NCBI GenBank assembly: GCA_963674595.2
Contig: CAXXFV010000023.1
Location: 832,001-896,000, forward strand
Source: a bacterium
GTDB lineage: Bacteria; Zhuqueibacterota; Zhuqueibacteria; Residuimicrobiales; Krinioviventaceae
DNA length: 64,000 nt
Direction: 5' to 3'
Part shown: positions 1 through 11,051 of the stretch, piece after piece
How the letters are laid out: each line of letters begins with the position of its first letter
Numbering within the stretch: the first letter of the stretch is position 1
Position numbers and translations under genes: made by a program
Notes under the pieces: model-generated
Told to the model about the DNA's origin: nothing
What the model saw: only the letters and a program-made list of their open reading frames with translations
The model's database searches: none

Positions 1-1109
1 GGAAGGGTATGGTTCGTGCCGGAGACGTAATCCCCGGCTACTTCAGGGGTCCACCTGCCCACAAATACAGAACCGGCGCTCCTGACCTGGCTTGAGCTTT
101 CCCTGGCATTCTCAAAAAGCAGGATCAGGTGTTCAGGGGCATACTCATTGCTGAAGCCTATGGCTTCTTCCAGGGTTTCAGTTGTTAAGATAAAACTCCG
201 GGAGAGTGCAGCCTCGGCAATCTCTTTACGGGGAAGAACGGCTATCTGGTCCTGCAAGGCCTGCTGAACCAATTCCACCAGTTCCCTGGAAGTGGTTACA
301 AGTACTACCTGGCTGTCCCGGTCATGTTCAGCCTGGGAAAGAAGATCACTGGCTACTACCTGCGGATCAGCCGTTTTGTCGGCAATTACCAAAACTTCGC
401 TGGGGCCGGCCACCATGTCAATGGCTGTCCCCTGGAGCGTAGCCACCAGCTTGGCCATTTGCACAATTCTGTTTCCGGGTCCAAGTATCTTGTCCACCTT
501 GGGGACAGTCTCAGTCCCCAGCGACAATGCCGCAATAGCCTGGGCCCCTCCGATCTTGAAAACTTGGCGTACCCCGGCAATCCTGGCAGCTGCCAGGACA
601 GTGGGAGAAACAGTGCCGTCCTTAAGAGGGGGAACGGTCAAGGCCACTTTGCTGCATCCGGCCAGGATTGCCGGAATGCCCAGCATCAGAACAGTTGAAG
701 GTAAAACAGCGGTCCCGCCAGGAACATATAACCCCACTGACTGGATAGCCCGGGCCGCTCTCCAACAAGTCACCCCATCCTGCACTTCAACCGGGTTGGT
801 TGCCATCTGCTGGGAAGAATGGAATTTCTTAATATTCCGGGCAGCCAGCTCCAAAGCGGAGTTAAGCTCTTTCGGAATCATTTTGGCCGAGGCATGAAAC
901 TCTTCAGCGCTTACCCGGCAATCTGATAAGTCCACCTGGTCGTATTTGAGTGTGTATTCCGCTACAGCCTCATCTCCCCTGGCCCGGACTTCCTCAAAAA
1001 CACCCCTGCAGAAATCAAATAGTTCCGGGTCATAAACCGGATTCCTCTTGCACAGGGAATTCACATCCCTGCCTGATAATTTTTTTAAATCATATACTTT
1101 AACTAACAT
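1..1109 (-). CDS. hisD: Histidinol dehydrogenase (3' end runs off window)
   Basis: Manual translation from the ATG at 1109, which overlaps the hisG stop (TGATG): MLVKVYDLKK...VRARGDEAV...VGLYVPGGTAVLPSTVLMLGIPA...PEVAGDYVSGTNHTLP, all HisD motifs. Confidence 0.95.
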   Translation of the reverse strand, partial: MLVKVYDLKKLSGRDVNSLCKRNPVYDPELFDFCRGVFEEVRARGDEAVAEYTLKYDQVDLSDCRVSAEEFHASAKMIPKELNSALELAARNIKKFHSSQQMATNPVEVQDGVTCWRAARAIQSVGLYVPGGTAVLPSTVLMLGIPAILAGCSKVALTVPPLKDGTVSPTVLAAARIAGVRQVFKIGGAQAIAALSLGTETVPKVDKILGPGNRIVQMAKLVATLQGTAIDMVAGPSEVLVIADKTADPQVVASDLLSQAEHDRDSQVVLVTTSRELVELVQQALQDQIAVLPRKEIAEAALSRSFILTTETLEEAIGFSNEYAPEHLILLFENARESSSQVRSAGSVFVGRWTPEVAGDYVSGTNHTL

Positions 1110-1987
1110 CAAAGCACCAACTTCTCTATGGGAACAACCAGTATATCTGTTGCCCCGTATACTTTTAACTGTTCAGCCACATCCCAGAATTCATCTTCCG
1201 GAACTGCTGTATGAATAGCAATCAGCCCTTTCTGCGCCAAAGGCAGCACCGTGGGGCTTTTCATGCCGGGCAGTATCTCTTTTATCCGGTCCAGCGATTC
1301 CTCCGGCGCGTTCATCATTACGTACTTTGTTTTCCTGGCCCGGAGATAACTCTGAATCCTGAATCTCAACCGTTCAATAAGGTCTCTTTTCCATGATTCA
1401 GCCAGTGTATCAGGATTGGCAATAAGTATTGCTTCAGACTTCATAACAGTTTCAATGGGCACCAGTTCATGCAGCCTCAAAGTACTGCCGGTTGAGACCA
1501 GGTCGCAAATCGCGTCGGCCACATCCATGGTGGGAGTAATTTCGACCGATCCATGTATCTCCACAATACTTACACCAGGGACCTCCCTGCTTTCCAGATA
1601 TCTGGATAATATGTTGGGATATGATGTAGCGATTCTTTTTCCCGCTAATTGTTCAACTGTTTTGAGATCGGATTTCCTCGGTACCGCAATGGTTAATTCA
1701 CACCGTCCGAATCCAAAAAATTCCAGGTACGAAACCTTCGCCCCGGTCTCCTCCACCACATTCTGGCCAACAATGCCTAAATCAGCATTACCTTCCTGTA
1801 CATATTCCGGGATATCGTCATCTCGCAAAAAAATAATATCAAGGGGAAACTTCCGGCACCGGGCAAAGAGCCGGCCCTGGTGTATTTCGAAATCAACCCC
1901 TGACGACTTCAGGACTTCAAGCGACAGTTCGGACAAACGTCCTTTCTTCTGGACTGCTATCTTAATATTTTTCCCGTTCAGTTTCAT
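1109..1987 (-). CDS. hisG: ATP phosphoribosyltransferase, long form
   Basis: IAVQKKGRL, LRDDDIP, IATSYP, GSVE and DLVSTGSTL motifs plus C-terminal PGMKSPTV regulatory domain; alternative start at 2002. Confidence 0.96.
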   Translation of the reverse strand: MKLNGKNIKIAVQKKGRLSELSLEVLKSSGVDFEIHQGRLFARCRKFPLDIIFLRDDDIPEYVQEGNADLGIVGQNVVEETGAKVSYLEFFGFGRCELTIAVPRKSDLKTVEQLAGKRIATSYPNILSRYLESREVPGVSIVEIHGSVEITPTMDVADAICDLVSTGSTLRLHELVPIETVMKSEAILIANPDTLAESWKRDLIERLRFRIQSYLRARKTKYVMMNAPEESLDRIKEILPGMKSPTVLPLAQKGLIAIHTAVPEDEFWDVAEQLKVYGATDILVVPIEKLVL

Positions 1988-2031
1988 ATTTCTTCCAGGC
2001 ATCCGGATTCCGGCCTGCCATTTATCGCTGT

Positions 2032-2337
2032 TTATTCAGCTTTAGTAATTTTTTCACGCCTCTTCAGCATGGTCTGGTAGCCGCCTTCTCCATGTTTGCA
2101 CCAATGAGCAATCCGGGTGACAGTAGTGGTACTGGCCCCGGTCACCTCGCTTATCCTGCGGTAGGAAAGCCCCTTCCCCAGCAATCCGGCTACATCCAGC
2201 CTCTCTGCCATGGCTTCCAGTTCTCCGGGCGTACAGAGGTCCCTGAAAAAACAGGCCGCCTCCTCCCTGTCACGAAGAAGAGAAATCATTTCAAAAAGAT
2301 CCCATAACCGCCGATTCTCTTTTAATATCTGTTCCAT
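2032..2337 (-). CDS. TrpR-like (YerC/YecD) repressor, probable his operon regulator
   Basis: FFRDLCTPGELEAMAERL...SYRRISEVTGASTTTVTRIA...GEGGY; first gene of the his operon. Confidence 0.9.
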   Translation of the reverse strand: MEQILKENRRLWDLFEMISLLRDREEAACFFRDLCTPGELEAMAERLDVAGLLGKGLSYRRISEVTGASTTTVTRIAHWCKHGEGGYQTMLKRREKITKAE

Positions 2338-2375
2338 TGTTTTAACACATTAACACAAAAATTCTAAAATTACAA
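2338..2375 (-). promoter_or_regulatory. Putative sigma70 promoter (TTGTAA-N17-TAATGT) overlapped by a 20-bp TrpR-type operator
   Basis: -35 at 2370-2375 and -10 at 2347-2352 on the minus strand; imperfect palindrome TGTTTTAACACATTAACACA at 2338-2357 abuts the ATG. Confidence 0.55.
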
Positions 2376-2439
2376 ACATCAAAGTTTTCGAATCTGTTTC
2401 AAAATTACTCGTGAACTTATGATTTGAGGCCGCAAAATG

Positions 2440-2499
2440 ATGGACCTGGTGGACCTGGTGGACGCAGTGGACATGGTGGACATGGTGGACGCAGTGGAA
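2440..2499. repeat. Tandem 9-bp repeat (GTCCAC-NNN on minus strand)
   Basis: atggacctg gtggacctg gtggacgca gtggacatg gtggacatg gtggacgca gtggaa. Confidence 0.9.
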
Positions 2500-2715
2500 T
2501 TGGCGGGAAAGAAGTTCGGGAGCGGGAGGCGGATTATCCAATCTTTACAAATCTTAACGAAACATAGCCCGCAAATGACGTTATAGTAAGCAGTTGACAT
2601 AAGACATCCTGGAATCGAGTCAAATAACTTGTGATCACAGATTCAAGAACGAAGAAAAAACCAGGGTTAATCAGGATTACTAATTTTTACTGAGTTTTAT
2701 AAAAGGAGAATTGCA

Positions 2716-3264
2716 ATGAAGAAGTACACATCAATTTTAATAACCGTTGTTTTAGTACTGTCGTTTATATCAATAATTGCTATCGCCCAGCCTTTTGGCG
2801 GCGGAATGCAGGGAGCCGGAAATAGCGTCCGGGGCCAGGCCCGCGGCGGAATGCAGGGCGGTGCCATGGGTATGGGACTGATGAACCTCAATCTCACTGA
2901 TGAGCAAAGAGAGCAGATTAAGCTGATTATGGATGAAAACCGTGAAGTCATGCTGGCTGACTGTGATGCCACCCGCGAAGAAATGATTGAGATCAAAGAC
3001 CAGCTGAACGCTCTCATGGATGCCGAGGTTTTTGACGAAGCCGCCGCGCAGCAGCTTCTGGCCAAAAAATTCAGTATCAATACTGAGAAACAGATTCTCA
3101 GGATGAAATCCCAGCACCGGATATTGAATGAAGTACTGACCGCTGAGCAGAGAGAAACCCTGGCCAACCAGCGGGCCAATGCCGCGGCTTTCGGCAGGGG
3201 AGCAGGAATGGGTGCCGGTATGGGCAGCCAGGGAAGAATGAACCGCGGAGGCCCCCGGTTCTGA
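2716..3264 (+). CDS. Spy/CpxP-family periplasmic protein (LTXXQ motifs)
   Basis: Signal peptide, LTDEQREQ and LTAEQRE motifs, G/M-rich tails, AGGAG RBS. Confidence 0.85.
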   Translation: MKKYTSILITVVLVLSFISIIAIAQPFGGGMQGAGNSVRGQARGGMQGGAMGMGLMNLNLTDEQREQIKLIMDENREVMLADCDATREEMIEIKDQLNALMDAEVFDEAAAQQLLAKKFSINTEKQILRMKSQHRILNEVLTAEQRETLANQRANAAAFGRGAGMGAGMGSQGRMNRGGPRF

Positions 3265-3338
3265 TTACCAGAAACAATAAAACGAAACGCTGTTAAACGA
3301 TTAACCAACTAAAAAAACAAAACTGAAAACATAAACTG

Positions 3339-3375
3339 GAAAAGGGCGGCTGATTTAGCCGCCCTTTTCTTTTTC
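3339..3375. terminator. Bidirectional intrinsic terminator
   Basis: gaaaagggcggct-gattt-agccgcccttttc followed by a T-run, between convergent genes. Confidence 0.85.
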
Positions 3376-3376
3376 A

Positions 3377-4006
3377 TTAACCCGCTTCAGGAGGCCAGAG
3401 GTCCAGTCTTGCCAGGCACTCTCTGACTTCGGTTACCCCTTTCGCAACGTAAGCCCGCATCCCGGCATCCCTGGCAGCATCAACGCACTCGGGATTGTCA
3501 TCAAAAAACAGGATTCCGGAGGGATCAATCCCCAGATCCTCAACCACGTATTCATAGATTTCCGGATCAGGTTTAATCATCCCGATTTCATGAGACAGGT
3601 AACATTTATCAAAAAAATGATCTGCCTTGAACTCCTGTTTCAGGCGGTTCCAGTGGACCACCTCATTATTACTGAGACAAGCAACTTTATAGCGGGTCCT
3701 GAGATCTGTCAGCAACTCGAAAGCTCCTGTCATTGGCCCCTTGTCCCAGGTCAGGAAAGCCTCCATGATTCTTTCGTCAGCAATCGAAAAATCCAGTTCA
3801 CTGAGAATGCCTTTCACGAATTCAGAGGCACTGCACCTGCCCCGCTCGAATTCTCTGACCCATTCTGAATTCAGCCAGAAAAGCCGCGACTCCTCCAGTG
3901 TCATTTTCCCATCTGAAAAATCCCTGAGGCCTTCAACACCTTTCCAGGTTACCAGTACACCGCCCAGGTCAAACAGTAAAATCTTTATATCGTCCTTCAA
4001 AACCAC
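3377..4006 (-). CDS. HAD-superfamily phosphatase (YihX-like)
   Basis: FDLGGVL, LSN, KPDPEIY and FFDD motifs. Confidence 0.9.
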   Translation of the reverse strand: MVLKDDIKILLFDLGGVLVTWKGVEGLRDFSDGKMTLEESRLFWLNSEWVREFERGRCSASEFVKGILSELDFSIADERIMEAFLTWDKGPMTGAFELLTDLRTRYKVACLSNNEVVHWNRLKQEFKADHFFDKCYLSHEIGMIKPDPEIYEYVVEDLGIDPSGILFFDDNPECVDAARDAGMRAYVAKGVTEVRECLARLDLWPPEAG

Positions 4007-4202
4007 TCCAGCTCTTTAAATCAGTCAGTATTCCCGGACGGCATACAGCCTCTCGCAGGTAGAAATCAGGATGAAATTACATACTATCAAGATGACGAAT
4101 AACTAGAAAATATTACAAGGCTTACACGGCAGTAAAAACAGCCCTGCTCCAAAGCAGGTTTTGAAAGTATAAAAAACCAGCCAGGCAACAGACCGGAGAT
4201 GA

Positions 4203-4637
4203 TCAGTTAACGGGCTTCCTGGGAACCGCAGAACTCCTGAAGGGAGGTCTCGTGTAAAGCTTGAGTTTCATACCTGCCTGGTCAGGCAGAAAAATAAGAA
4301 TTTTTTCCTGGCCCTCTATCTTCATCCTGATGGCAGCCGGCCTGACTGCGGTTCCATCTATCTCGGTACTCCATCTCATGTTTCCGGCATGAGTGATGGT
4401 AACCTTTACCCCGGCCTCAACCTCAACCTGGGCAAGTTCCTTTAATTTGAGGGGGTCTTCAATCAAAGATTCAAATTGGCTGAACTCCTCGTTCACTCCA
4501 GGTGAGTCGGCCGCCCTCAAGCCCAGCTGAGCAGAGTAATCAGGCAGCCAGCCGCTGCCGGTGAAAGCCAGAGCGCCTGAGGTCATGACTGAAACAACCA
4601 GGACCAACAATAAACCAAGCCGTGCCAACTTCATCAC
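4203..4637 (-). CDS. Hypothetical exported protein
   Basis: Signal peptide (MMKLARLGLLLVLVV...ALA); plausible ORF with RBS. Confidence 0.6.
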   Translation of the reverse strand: MMKLARLGLLLVLVVSVMTSGALAFTGSGWLPDYSAQLGLRAADSPGVNEEFSQFESLIEDPLKLKELAQVEVEAGVKVTITHAGNMRWSTEIDGTAVRPAAIRMKIEGQEKILIFLPDQAGMKLKLYTRPPFRSSAVPRKPVN

Positions 4638-4935
4638 GTTTTCCCTTCGGTCTTACGCTGGAAATATGTTGCAGAAAACAACTCCGAACAAAATATCACC
4701 CGCTTGAAAAATTATACCAAACCATACCCTTCAGTAACTGAATCTTTTTTACCTTCCAATCCTACGGGTTCAAAAAAGCACCCATCGGCACCAACCAGAA
4801 TGCACCCCTAAGGAAACATGGATAGGTGAACCGGAACTGAGAACGATGAAGTGATAATTCCGAGCGCTTACGATCACGATGATCTCAAATCAGCATCTCA
4901 GATAGGGCAAGGCCTCACGCCTGGACGCCAGAGCG

Positions 4936-5400
4936 CTAAGAGGAATGTCCCCGCTTCAATGAATACCCTGCCGCTGCACCGGCAGCCAGGAATAAAATAA
5001 TTTCAATAACAGAATAGATATCAATCCCGCCGAACCCGGCAAATGCCAGGCTCGTTAATACCGGAACCGTGCTCACCAGGATTCCATTGACGACTCTTTT
5101 GTCCCCGGTACCTTTGGCCACAGCCCAGGCCCGCCAGAAAATCAAAACGCAGAACAGCCCGGCATAAAAACCCATCAGGAGTGTGCTGCTGCTGTACATT
5201 TCCGAAATAGCTGAACTGATCTGGCTGCTGACAACCTCGGGATTTCTAGTTTTAGGCCCCAGCTCAAAACCCATTTTCATGCTTACTATCAAGCCGGGAA
5301 TCATAAAGATGATAAATCCCAAAATCCAAACCAGAAAACTGTTCAGTAACGATTTCAGCCAAAGGATTCTGCCTTCAATCATATTATTGGAAACCATCAC
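4936..5400 (-). CDS. Hypothetical membrane protein (~4 TM)
   Basis: Four hydrophobic segments; GGGGAAAGA upstream. Confidence 0.7.
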   Translation of the reverse strand: MMVSNNMIEGRILWLKSLLNSFLVWILGFIIFMIPGLIVSMKMGFELGPKTRNPEVVSSQISSAISEMYSSSTLLMGFYAGLFCVLIFWRAWAVAKGTGDKRVVNGILVSTVPVLTSLAFAGFGGIDIYSVIEIILFLAAGAAAGYSLKRGHSS

Positions 5401-5457
5401 TCTTTCCCCCTTTTTCTCCTTCGTTCAAAAAAACAAATCCATGCCGTGAAACACAAA

Positions 5458-5528
5458 AGGGCGAATACAAGATTCGCCCCTGCAAAATCCATATTCGCCC
5501 TTGCAAAAATCCACATTCACCCCTACAA
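5458..5528. repeat. REP-like palindrome plus two degenerate tandem half-copies
   Basis: gggcgaat-acaag-attcgccc, then attcgcccttgc and attcacccctac; same family as 24588 and 31184. Confidence 0.7.
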
Positions 5529-5588
5529 ATATCTGCCGCTGGATGTCATGAACCCTTATTCACTTTCAATGGCCAGCCGTCAGCAAAC

Positions 5589-6359
5589 CTACCATTCGCC
5601 TTTTTGTCCGAACTTCTCCTGGACAGCCTTTCCGAAACGTTTTGCGGCATCGTTGAGATCGGAGAGAATCTCCTCCATCGGCTTTCCGGTCGCGTTACGG
5701 GCGGCAGAAATCATAGTATCGCACTCATTCCGATCCATGAATATCGAGGCATCCAGCAGGTCTTCCTGATCTTCCTCTGGAATGACAAGAAATCCATGTT
5801 TATCGGCGTGAATCAGGTCACCATGGTTGATCCTGCGGCCGAAAACCTCTACTTCACAGCCCCATCTAACCGGCCAGGAGTGCGCATGGCCAACGCAAAG
5901 CCTGCGTGCCAGGGCCTTGAAACCCGCGCCGGTCATCTCATCAATGTCACGAATCGCTCCGTCTGTAATAGTGCCCACACAGCCCAGTGCCCGCGAAAGA
6001 TTGGCGCTGACTTCCCCCCAGTATGAGCCGAGGGTAACGGGTTTATCCATATCCTGAACTACCACGATCTTGGGTCCGGGAATTGAGGAGATATACTCAC
6101 GGCACTGCTCCGGGGCCGAAGCGTTTTTCTTGTGATCGGGATTGCCTGGTTCACAAACCACGGTGACGGCATAACCGATCATCGGCCCCATCTGGGGCAT
6201 GTAATCATGGGCTTCTTCGAGGTTGAAGCAATCATGGGCTGAATCGTGACTGGTTATCTGCTCCCAGCCGTTGTAGATAGTAGGAGTATTCCAGCGTGTT
6301 AGCTGCAACAGTTCCGAATTGGAAAGCCTGCGTTTTAACACTCGTTTTCTCCCCGGCAT
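5589..6359 (-). CDS. RraA/HMG-aldolase family protein
   Basis: MIGYAVT, WGEV, GTITDGAIRD and GDLIHADKHG motifs. Confidence 0.85.
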   Translation of the reverse strand: MPGRKRVLKRRLSNSELLQLTRWNTPTIYNGWEQITSHDSAHDCFNLEEAHDYMPQMGPMIGYAVTVVCEPGNPDHKKNASAPEQCREYISSIPGPKIVVVQDMDKPVTLGSYWGEVSANLSRALGCVGTITDGAIRDIDEMTGAGFKALARRLCVGHAHSWPVRWGCEVEVFGRRINHGDLIHADKHGFLVIPEEDQEDLLDASIFMDRNECDTMISAARNATGKPMEEILSDLNDAAKRFGKAVQEKFGQKGEW

Positions 6360-6414
6360 CGGTCCCTAGAAGCTATCCAAATATAAAAACCTGGTATTCA
6401 GTTTCTGGTTCCGG

Positions 6415-9189
6415 TTATTTGCCGCAGCAATGTTTATACTTTCTGCCTGATCCGCAAGGGCATAGATCATTCCTCCCAACTTTTGGGACCTGCCTTACCT
6501 GCTGTTGCACCGGGCCTGCCGTCTGCTCCCTCTGCTGGGGAACTCCCGGGGATGAATAAGCGGAAACCGTGGCAGTCTCCCCCTCTCCGCCGGAATAATT
6601 GTAGGCCCGCCGGGCTTGCTGGGCCTTGGGGGAAAGTACCGAATCCTGCTCTTTTTCAGCAGGCTGCAGCAGGAATAACATTTTAACAACCTGGTCCCTC
6701 ATGCGGATTCTCAGATCTGAAAATAATTCAAAGGATTCCCGCTTGTACTCCATCTTCGGATCACGCTGTCCATATCCGCGCAGGCCGATACCCTCTTTCA
6801 AATGATCCAGGGCTAACAAGTGGTCCTTCCACTGCTGGTCTATAATCTGCAAGATGATCATCCGCTCAAACCAGCGCATGAAACCATCTTTAAACTCCAG
6901 CTCCTTTTCGTCATACCTCTCTTTGACCACCTTCAGGAGACTTTGTTCCATTTCAGCCCGGGCAAGGTCCTGGAGAGAAACCGTTTTCCCTGCATCCTTG
7001 AAACCTTCCGGTACCTCAACTTCCTGCGGGAGCCCCATTCCGAAGAATTCCCTGAACGCAATCCCCAGGTTTTCAAAACTCCAGACCTTGGGATCCACAT
7101 CTTCGCTGGCATGAGTGTCCAGGAACTCATAAAGTATTTCCTCAGCCATCGCCAGGACATACTCTTTCTGGTCCATTCCCTCTAACAAGTCTCTCCTGAA
7201 ACGATATATCTCTTCCCTCTGCTTGTTCATGACATCGTCATATTCAAGCAGATGCTTGCGGATATCAAAGTTGCGCGCTTCCACCTGGCTTTGGGCCCGC
7301 TCAATCTGTTTGGAAATCAGCCTGGACTCAATGGGCACGCCTTCTTCCATCCCCAGCCTCTGCATAATTCCAGCAATATTTTCTGAGCCGAAAATCCTTA
7401 ACAGGTCATCTTCCAGGGAAAGATAAAAACGGCTGGATCCGGGATCTCCCTGTCGTCCCGCTCTTCCCCTCAGCTGGTTGTCAATACGCCTCGCTTCGTG
7501 GCGCTCGGTGCCGATGATATGCAGGCCGCCCAGCTCAATTACCGCGTCATGCTGCTTTTTCCAGTTCTCATATTCAACCAGGCGTTCCTCGTCCGTGGAC
7601 TCCACCTTTTCAATGCCATCTTCCGGTGTTTCCAGGTTATCCAGTCCTTCATTGTCAAAAACCTTCAACTTATTGAGGTCGCATCCAGGTTTTCCACCCA
7701 GGATGATGTCAGTCCCGCGGCCTGCCATATTGGTGGCAATAGTAACAGCCCCCAGGCGGCCGGAATTCTCGATTATCTGGGCTTCCTTCTCATGATACTT
7801 GGCATTCAGTACAAAATGCCTGGTGCCCCTTCTTTTCAGAAGAGCTGAAAGTCTTTCTGACTTTTCAATTGAAGTCGTTCCGACCAGGACCGGCTGGCCC
7901 CTCTTACTGAGCTCCTTGATTTCATCGGCGACAGCATCAAATTTTTCCCGCTGAGTCCGGAAAATGACATCTGGAAACTCCTTGCGTATCAATTCCTGGT
8001 TAGTGGGAATAACAACTGTTGCCAGCTCGTAGGTACCTTCAAACTCAGCGGCTTCGGTCTCAGCCGTACCGGTCATGCCGGAGAGCTTGTCGTACATCCT
8101 GAAATAATTCTGGAAGGTAATGGTCGCCAGGGTCTGGTTTTCCCTTTCAATTTTGACTCCTTCCTTGGCCTCGAGCGCCTGGTGCAGGCCGTCTGAATAG
8201 CGGCGGCCGGGCATCATTCTGCCCGTGAACTCATCAACAATTATTACTTCCCCTTCCCTTACCACGTAATCCTTGTCACGGGTAAAGAGGGTATGAGCTT
8301 TCAGGGCCTGCTGAATATGGTGAACCAACTCCATATTTCGGGGGTCGTAAAGGTTGTCGATGCCCAGAGCTTTTTCTGATTTTTCAATCCCTGTTTCCTG
8401 GAGGACAACAGTGCGCATCTTTTCATCAACTTTGAAATCCTCTTCCCGCACCAACCTGGGGATCAACCGGTCAATTTTATAATACTTATCAGTAGATTCT
8501 TCAGAGGGTCCGCTGATGATCAGCGGTGTCCTTGCTTCGTCAATCAGGATGGAGTCAACCTCATCGACGATGGCATAGGGGTGTCCGCGCTGGACACAGT
8601 CTTCCAGGGCGTACTTCATATTATCCCTGAGGTAATCAAACCCGAACTCATTATTGGTCCCATAGGTTATGTCAGATCCATACGCCAGTTTCCTGCCGGA
8701 TTCAGGCATATCGTGCTGGATTGAACCAACCGTCATTCCCAGAAAATTGTATACCGGAGACATCCATTCGGCATCGCGGCGCGCCAGGTAATCATTAACC
8801 GTGACGATATGCACACCTTTTCCCGGTATCGCGTTCAGGCAGGCTGCCAGGGTCGCGACCAGGGTTTTACCTTCACCGGTTTTCATTTCCGCGATCCTGC
8901 CCTCATGCAGCACCTTGCCGCCTATGAGCTGCACATCATAGTGCCTCATGCCCAAGGTTCTTTTAGATGCTTCCCGGACAACGGCAAACACTTCAGGCAT
9001 AAGGTCATCCAGGCTTTCCCCGGCTGCATTCCGGGTCCTGAATTCAGCGGTTTTTCCCTTCAGCTGCTCATCTGAAAGGGAGGAAATAACCGGCTCCAAA
9101 GCATTAACCTTCTCTATCACCGGTACCGTTTTCTTGAGATACCGTTCATTCTGGGAACCAATTACCTTGGCGAGTATTGAATTAAACAT
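6415..9189 (-). CDS. secA: Preprotein translocase ATPase SecA
   Basis: [37 protein letters not shown] and C-terminal [17 protein letters not shown]. Confidence 0.99.
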   Translation of the reverse strand: MFNSILAKVIGSQNERYLKKTVPVIEKVNALEPVISSLSDEQLKGKTAEFRTRNAAGESLDDLMPEVFAVVREASKRTLGMRHYDVQLIGGKVLHEGRIAEMKTGEGKTLVATLAACLNAIPGKGVHIVTVNDYLARRDAEWMSPVYNFLGMTVGSIQHDMPESGRKLAYGSDITYGTNNEFGFDYLRDNMKYALEDCVQRGHPYAIVDEVDSILIDEARTPLIISGPSEESTDKYYKIDRLIPRLVREEDFKVDEKMRTVVLQETGIEKSEKALGIDNLYDPRNMELVHHIQQALKAHTLFTRDKDYVVREGEVIIVDEFTGRMMPGRRYSDGLHQALEAKEGVKIERENQTLATITFQNYFRMYDKLSGMTGTAETEAAEFEGTYELATVVIPTNQELIRKEFPDVIFRTQREKFDAVADEIKELSKRGQPVLVGTTSIEKSERLSALLKRRGTRHFVLNAKYHEKEAQIIENSGRLGAVTIATNMAGRGTDIILGGKPGCDLNKLKVFDNEGLDNLETPEDGIEKVESTDEERLVEYENWKKQHDAVIELGGLHIIGTERHEARRIDNQLRGRAGRQGDPGSSRFYLSLEDDLLRIFGSENIAGIMQRLGMEEGVPIESRLISKQIERAQSQVEARNFDIRKHLLEYDDVMNKQREEIYRFRRDLLEGMDQKEYVLAMAEEILYEFLDTHASEDVDPKVWSFENLGIAFREFFGMGLPQEVEVPEGFKDAGKTVSLQDLARAEMEQSLLKVVKERYDEKELEFKDGFMRWFERMIILQIIDQQWKDHLLALDHLKEGIGLRGYGQRDPKMEYKRESFELFSDLRIRMRDQVVKMLFLLQPAEKEQDSVLSPKAQQARRAYNYSGGEGETATVSAYSSPGVPQQREQTAGPVQQQVRQVPKVGRNDLCPCGSGRKYKHCCGK

Positions 9190-9235
9190 GATTGGATATT
9201 CTACATTATTAAGACTGGATTAAGACTGGCTTATC

Positions 9236-10699
9236 TCAGCTTTCGATACGGTAGTTAGGAGCCTCTTTGGTAACCATCACATCATGGACATGTGACTCCC
9301 TTACTCCCTTATCTGAAACCTTGATAAAAACAGCCTTCTCCTGGAGTTCCTCAATCGTGGCGGCCCCGCAGTAACCCATACCAGCCTGCAAACCTCCGAG
9401 CAGAACTGAAATAAATGGCTCCAGCCCTCCCTTGTAGGGAACCCGCCCCTCAATTCCTTCAGGCGCTAACTTCTTAAGCCCGGGTTTCTGCTCATGGCCA
9501 TATCTGTCAGTTCCATATCCGACTGCCATTGCACCCAGGGATCCCATCCCCCTGTAGGACTTGTAGCTGCGGTTCTGGTAAAAAATAAGCTCCCCCGGAG
9601 ACTCGTCCGTGCCGGCAAAAAGATTCCCGATCATCACTGAATCAGCACCTGCTGCCAGGGCTTTTACAATATCTCCGGAATACTTGATTCCGCCGTCGGC
9701 AATAACCGGAAGCCCCAGTGTGGAAGCAACTTCAACCGTGTCCGTAATAGCTGTAAACTGGGGAACCCCGGCGCCTGTCACAATCCTGGTGGTACAGATG
9801 CTTCCCGGCCCCATTCCGACCTTGACAGCATCAGCCCCGACATCAAACAATTCCCGGGCCGCCTCGCCGCAGGCAATGTTGCCGGCAATCACATCCGCCC
9901 TTTTCAGGTTGGCTTTGAGCTGCCTGACAGCATCCATTACCCTGCCGGTATATCCGTGAGCTGTGTCCACCGTAATAACGTCAACCCCGGCTCTCTCAAG
10001 TTCCATGGCCCTTTCCAGAAAGTCACCGGAAACACCAACTGCCGCCCCAACCCGCAGGCGTCCTTTTTCATCCTTGCTGGCATCGGGATAGGCAATTGAT
10101 TTCATCATATCCTTGTAGGTGATCAAACCGCGCAGATAATAATCCTCATTGACCACCAGCAGCTTTTCAATCCTGTTTTCATGGAGTTTCCGCTTCGCTT
10201 CTTCCAGGGAAATCCCCTCCTTGACAGTTATCAGCTTGTCCTTGGTCATCAGTTCAGAAGCCCGCATTTCCAGGTTATCCGCGAACCTCAGGTCCCTGTT
10301 GGTCAGAATACCCCGCAATCTTCCGTCCTCTTCCGTCACAGGTACCCCAGAAATCTGGTATTTATCCATGCAGGCGAGAACTTCCTTCAGCGGCGTATAA
10401 GGCCTAACCGTCACAGGATCCGGAATCATTCCTGATTCAGAACGCTTCACACGGTCCACCTCAGATACCTGCGCCTCAATCGTCAGGTTCCGGTGAATGA
10501 TCCCTATACCCCCAAGTCGGGCCATGGTTATGGCAGTACGGGATTCCGTCACAGTATCCATGGCGGCAGAGGAGATCGGAATGTTCAGTGAAAGGTTCCG
10601 GGTAAGCCTGGTGGCCAGCTTGGCTTCAGCCGGCGCCACATCAGATCTGATCGGTTTCAATAGAACATCATCAAAGGTTAAAGCTTCTTTAAGTTCCAT
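9236..10699 (-). CDS. guaB: IMP dehydrogenase
   Basis: [11 protein letters not shown] pair, [15 protein letters not shown] and PEGIEG. Confidence 0.99.
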   Translation of the reverse strand: MELKEALTFDDVLLKPIRSDVAPAEAKLATRLTRNLSLNIPISSAAMDTVTESRTAITMARLGGIGIIHRNLTIEAQVSEVDRVKRSESGMIPDPVTVRPYTPLKEVLACMDKYQISGVPVTEEDGRLRGILTNRDLRFADNLEMRASELMTKDKLITVKEGISLEEAKRKLHENRIEKLLVVNEDYYLRGLITYKDMMKSIAYPDASKDEKGRLRVGAAVGVSGDFLERAMELERAGVDVITVDTAHGYTGRVMDAVRQLKANLKRADVIAGNIACGEAARELFDVGADAVKVGMGPGSICTTRIVTGAGVPQFTAITDTVEVASTLGLPVIADGGIKYSGDIVKALAAGADSVMIGNLFAGTDESPGELIFYQNRSYKSYRGMGSLGAMAVGYGTDRYGHEQKPGLKKLAPEGIEGRVPYKGGLEPFISVLLGGLQAGMGYCGAATIEELQEKAVFIKVSDKGVRESHVHDVMVTKEAPNYRIES

Positions 10700-10788
10700 C
10701 TACGGATTATATCAGGTTGAAGCAATACGAGGAATTAAAAACAAAGCTTTTTCTCTTTAATCTGAAATAAATCCAGGCAGAATTCCCA

Positions 10789-10860
10789 GTCCACTCAGTC
10801 CACCCTGTCCACTCAGTCCACCTGGTCCACCCTGTCCACTCAGCCCACCTAACCCACTCA
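10789..10860 (+). repeat. Tandem 9-bp repeat GTCCAC-NNN (8 units, last two degenerate)
   Basis: gtccactca gtccaccct gtccactca gtccacctg gtccaccct gtccactca gcccaccta acccactca. Confidence 0.9.
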
Positions 10861-11051
10861 GTCTATTACCAAGATCGATACGCTTTCAATAACGACAAAT
10901 ACTCCTCAAAAACAGGCTGAAATTACAAAATTAGAGATATAAATTGCAAAAAAAGATATAATTCCATCAAAAAATGATAGAATTATTGCAGAATTTATCA
11001 GATAATAGGCTGTACTTATAATTTTCACGCTGATAATCGTGGTTGGCACTG

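Noticed and set aside
206-897. Plus-strand ORFs over hisD, and similar antisense ORFs across the window
   Set aside because: Shadow frames of well-supported genes on the opposite strand, with no motifs
2440-10860. GTCCAC 9-mer arrays as CRISPR arrays
   Set aside because: Units are 9 bp with no spacers of CRISPR length, and there are no cas genes
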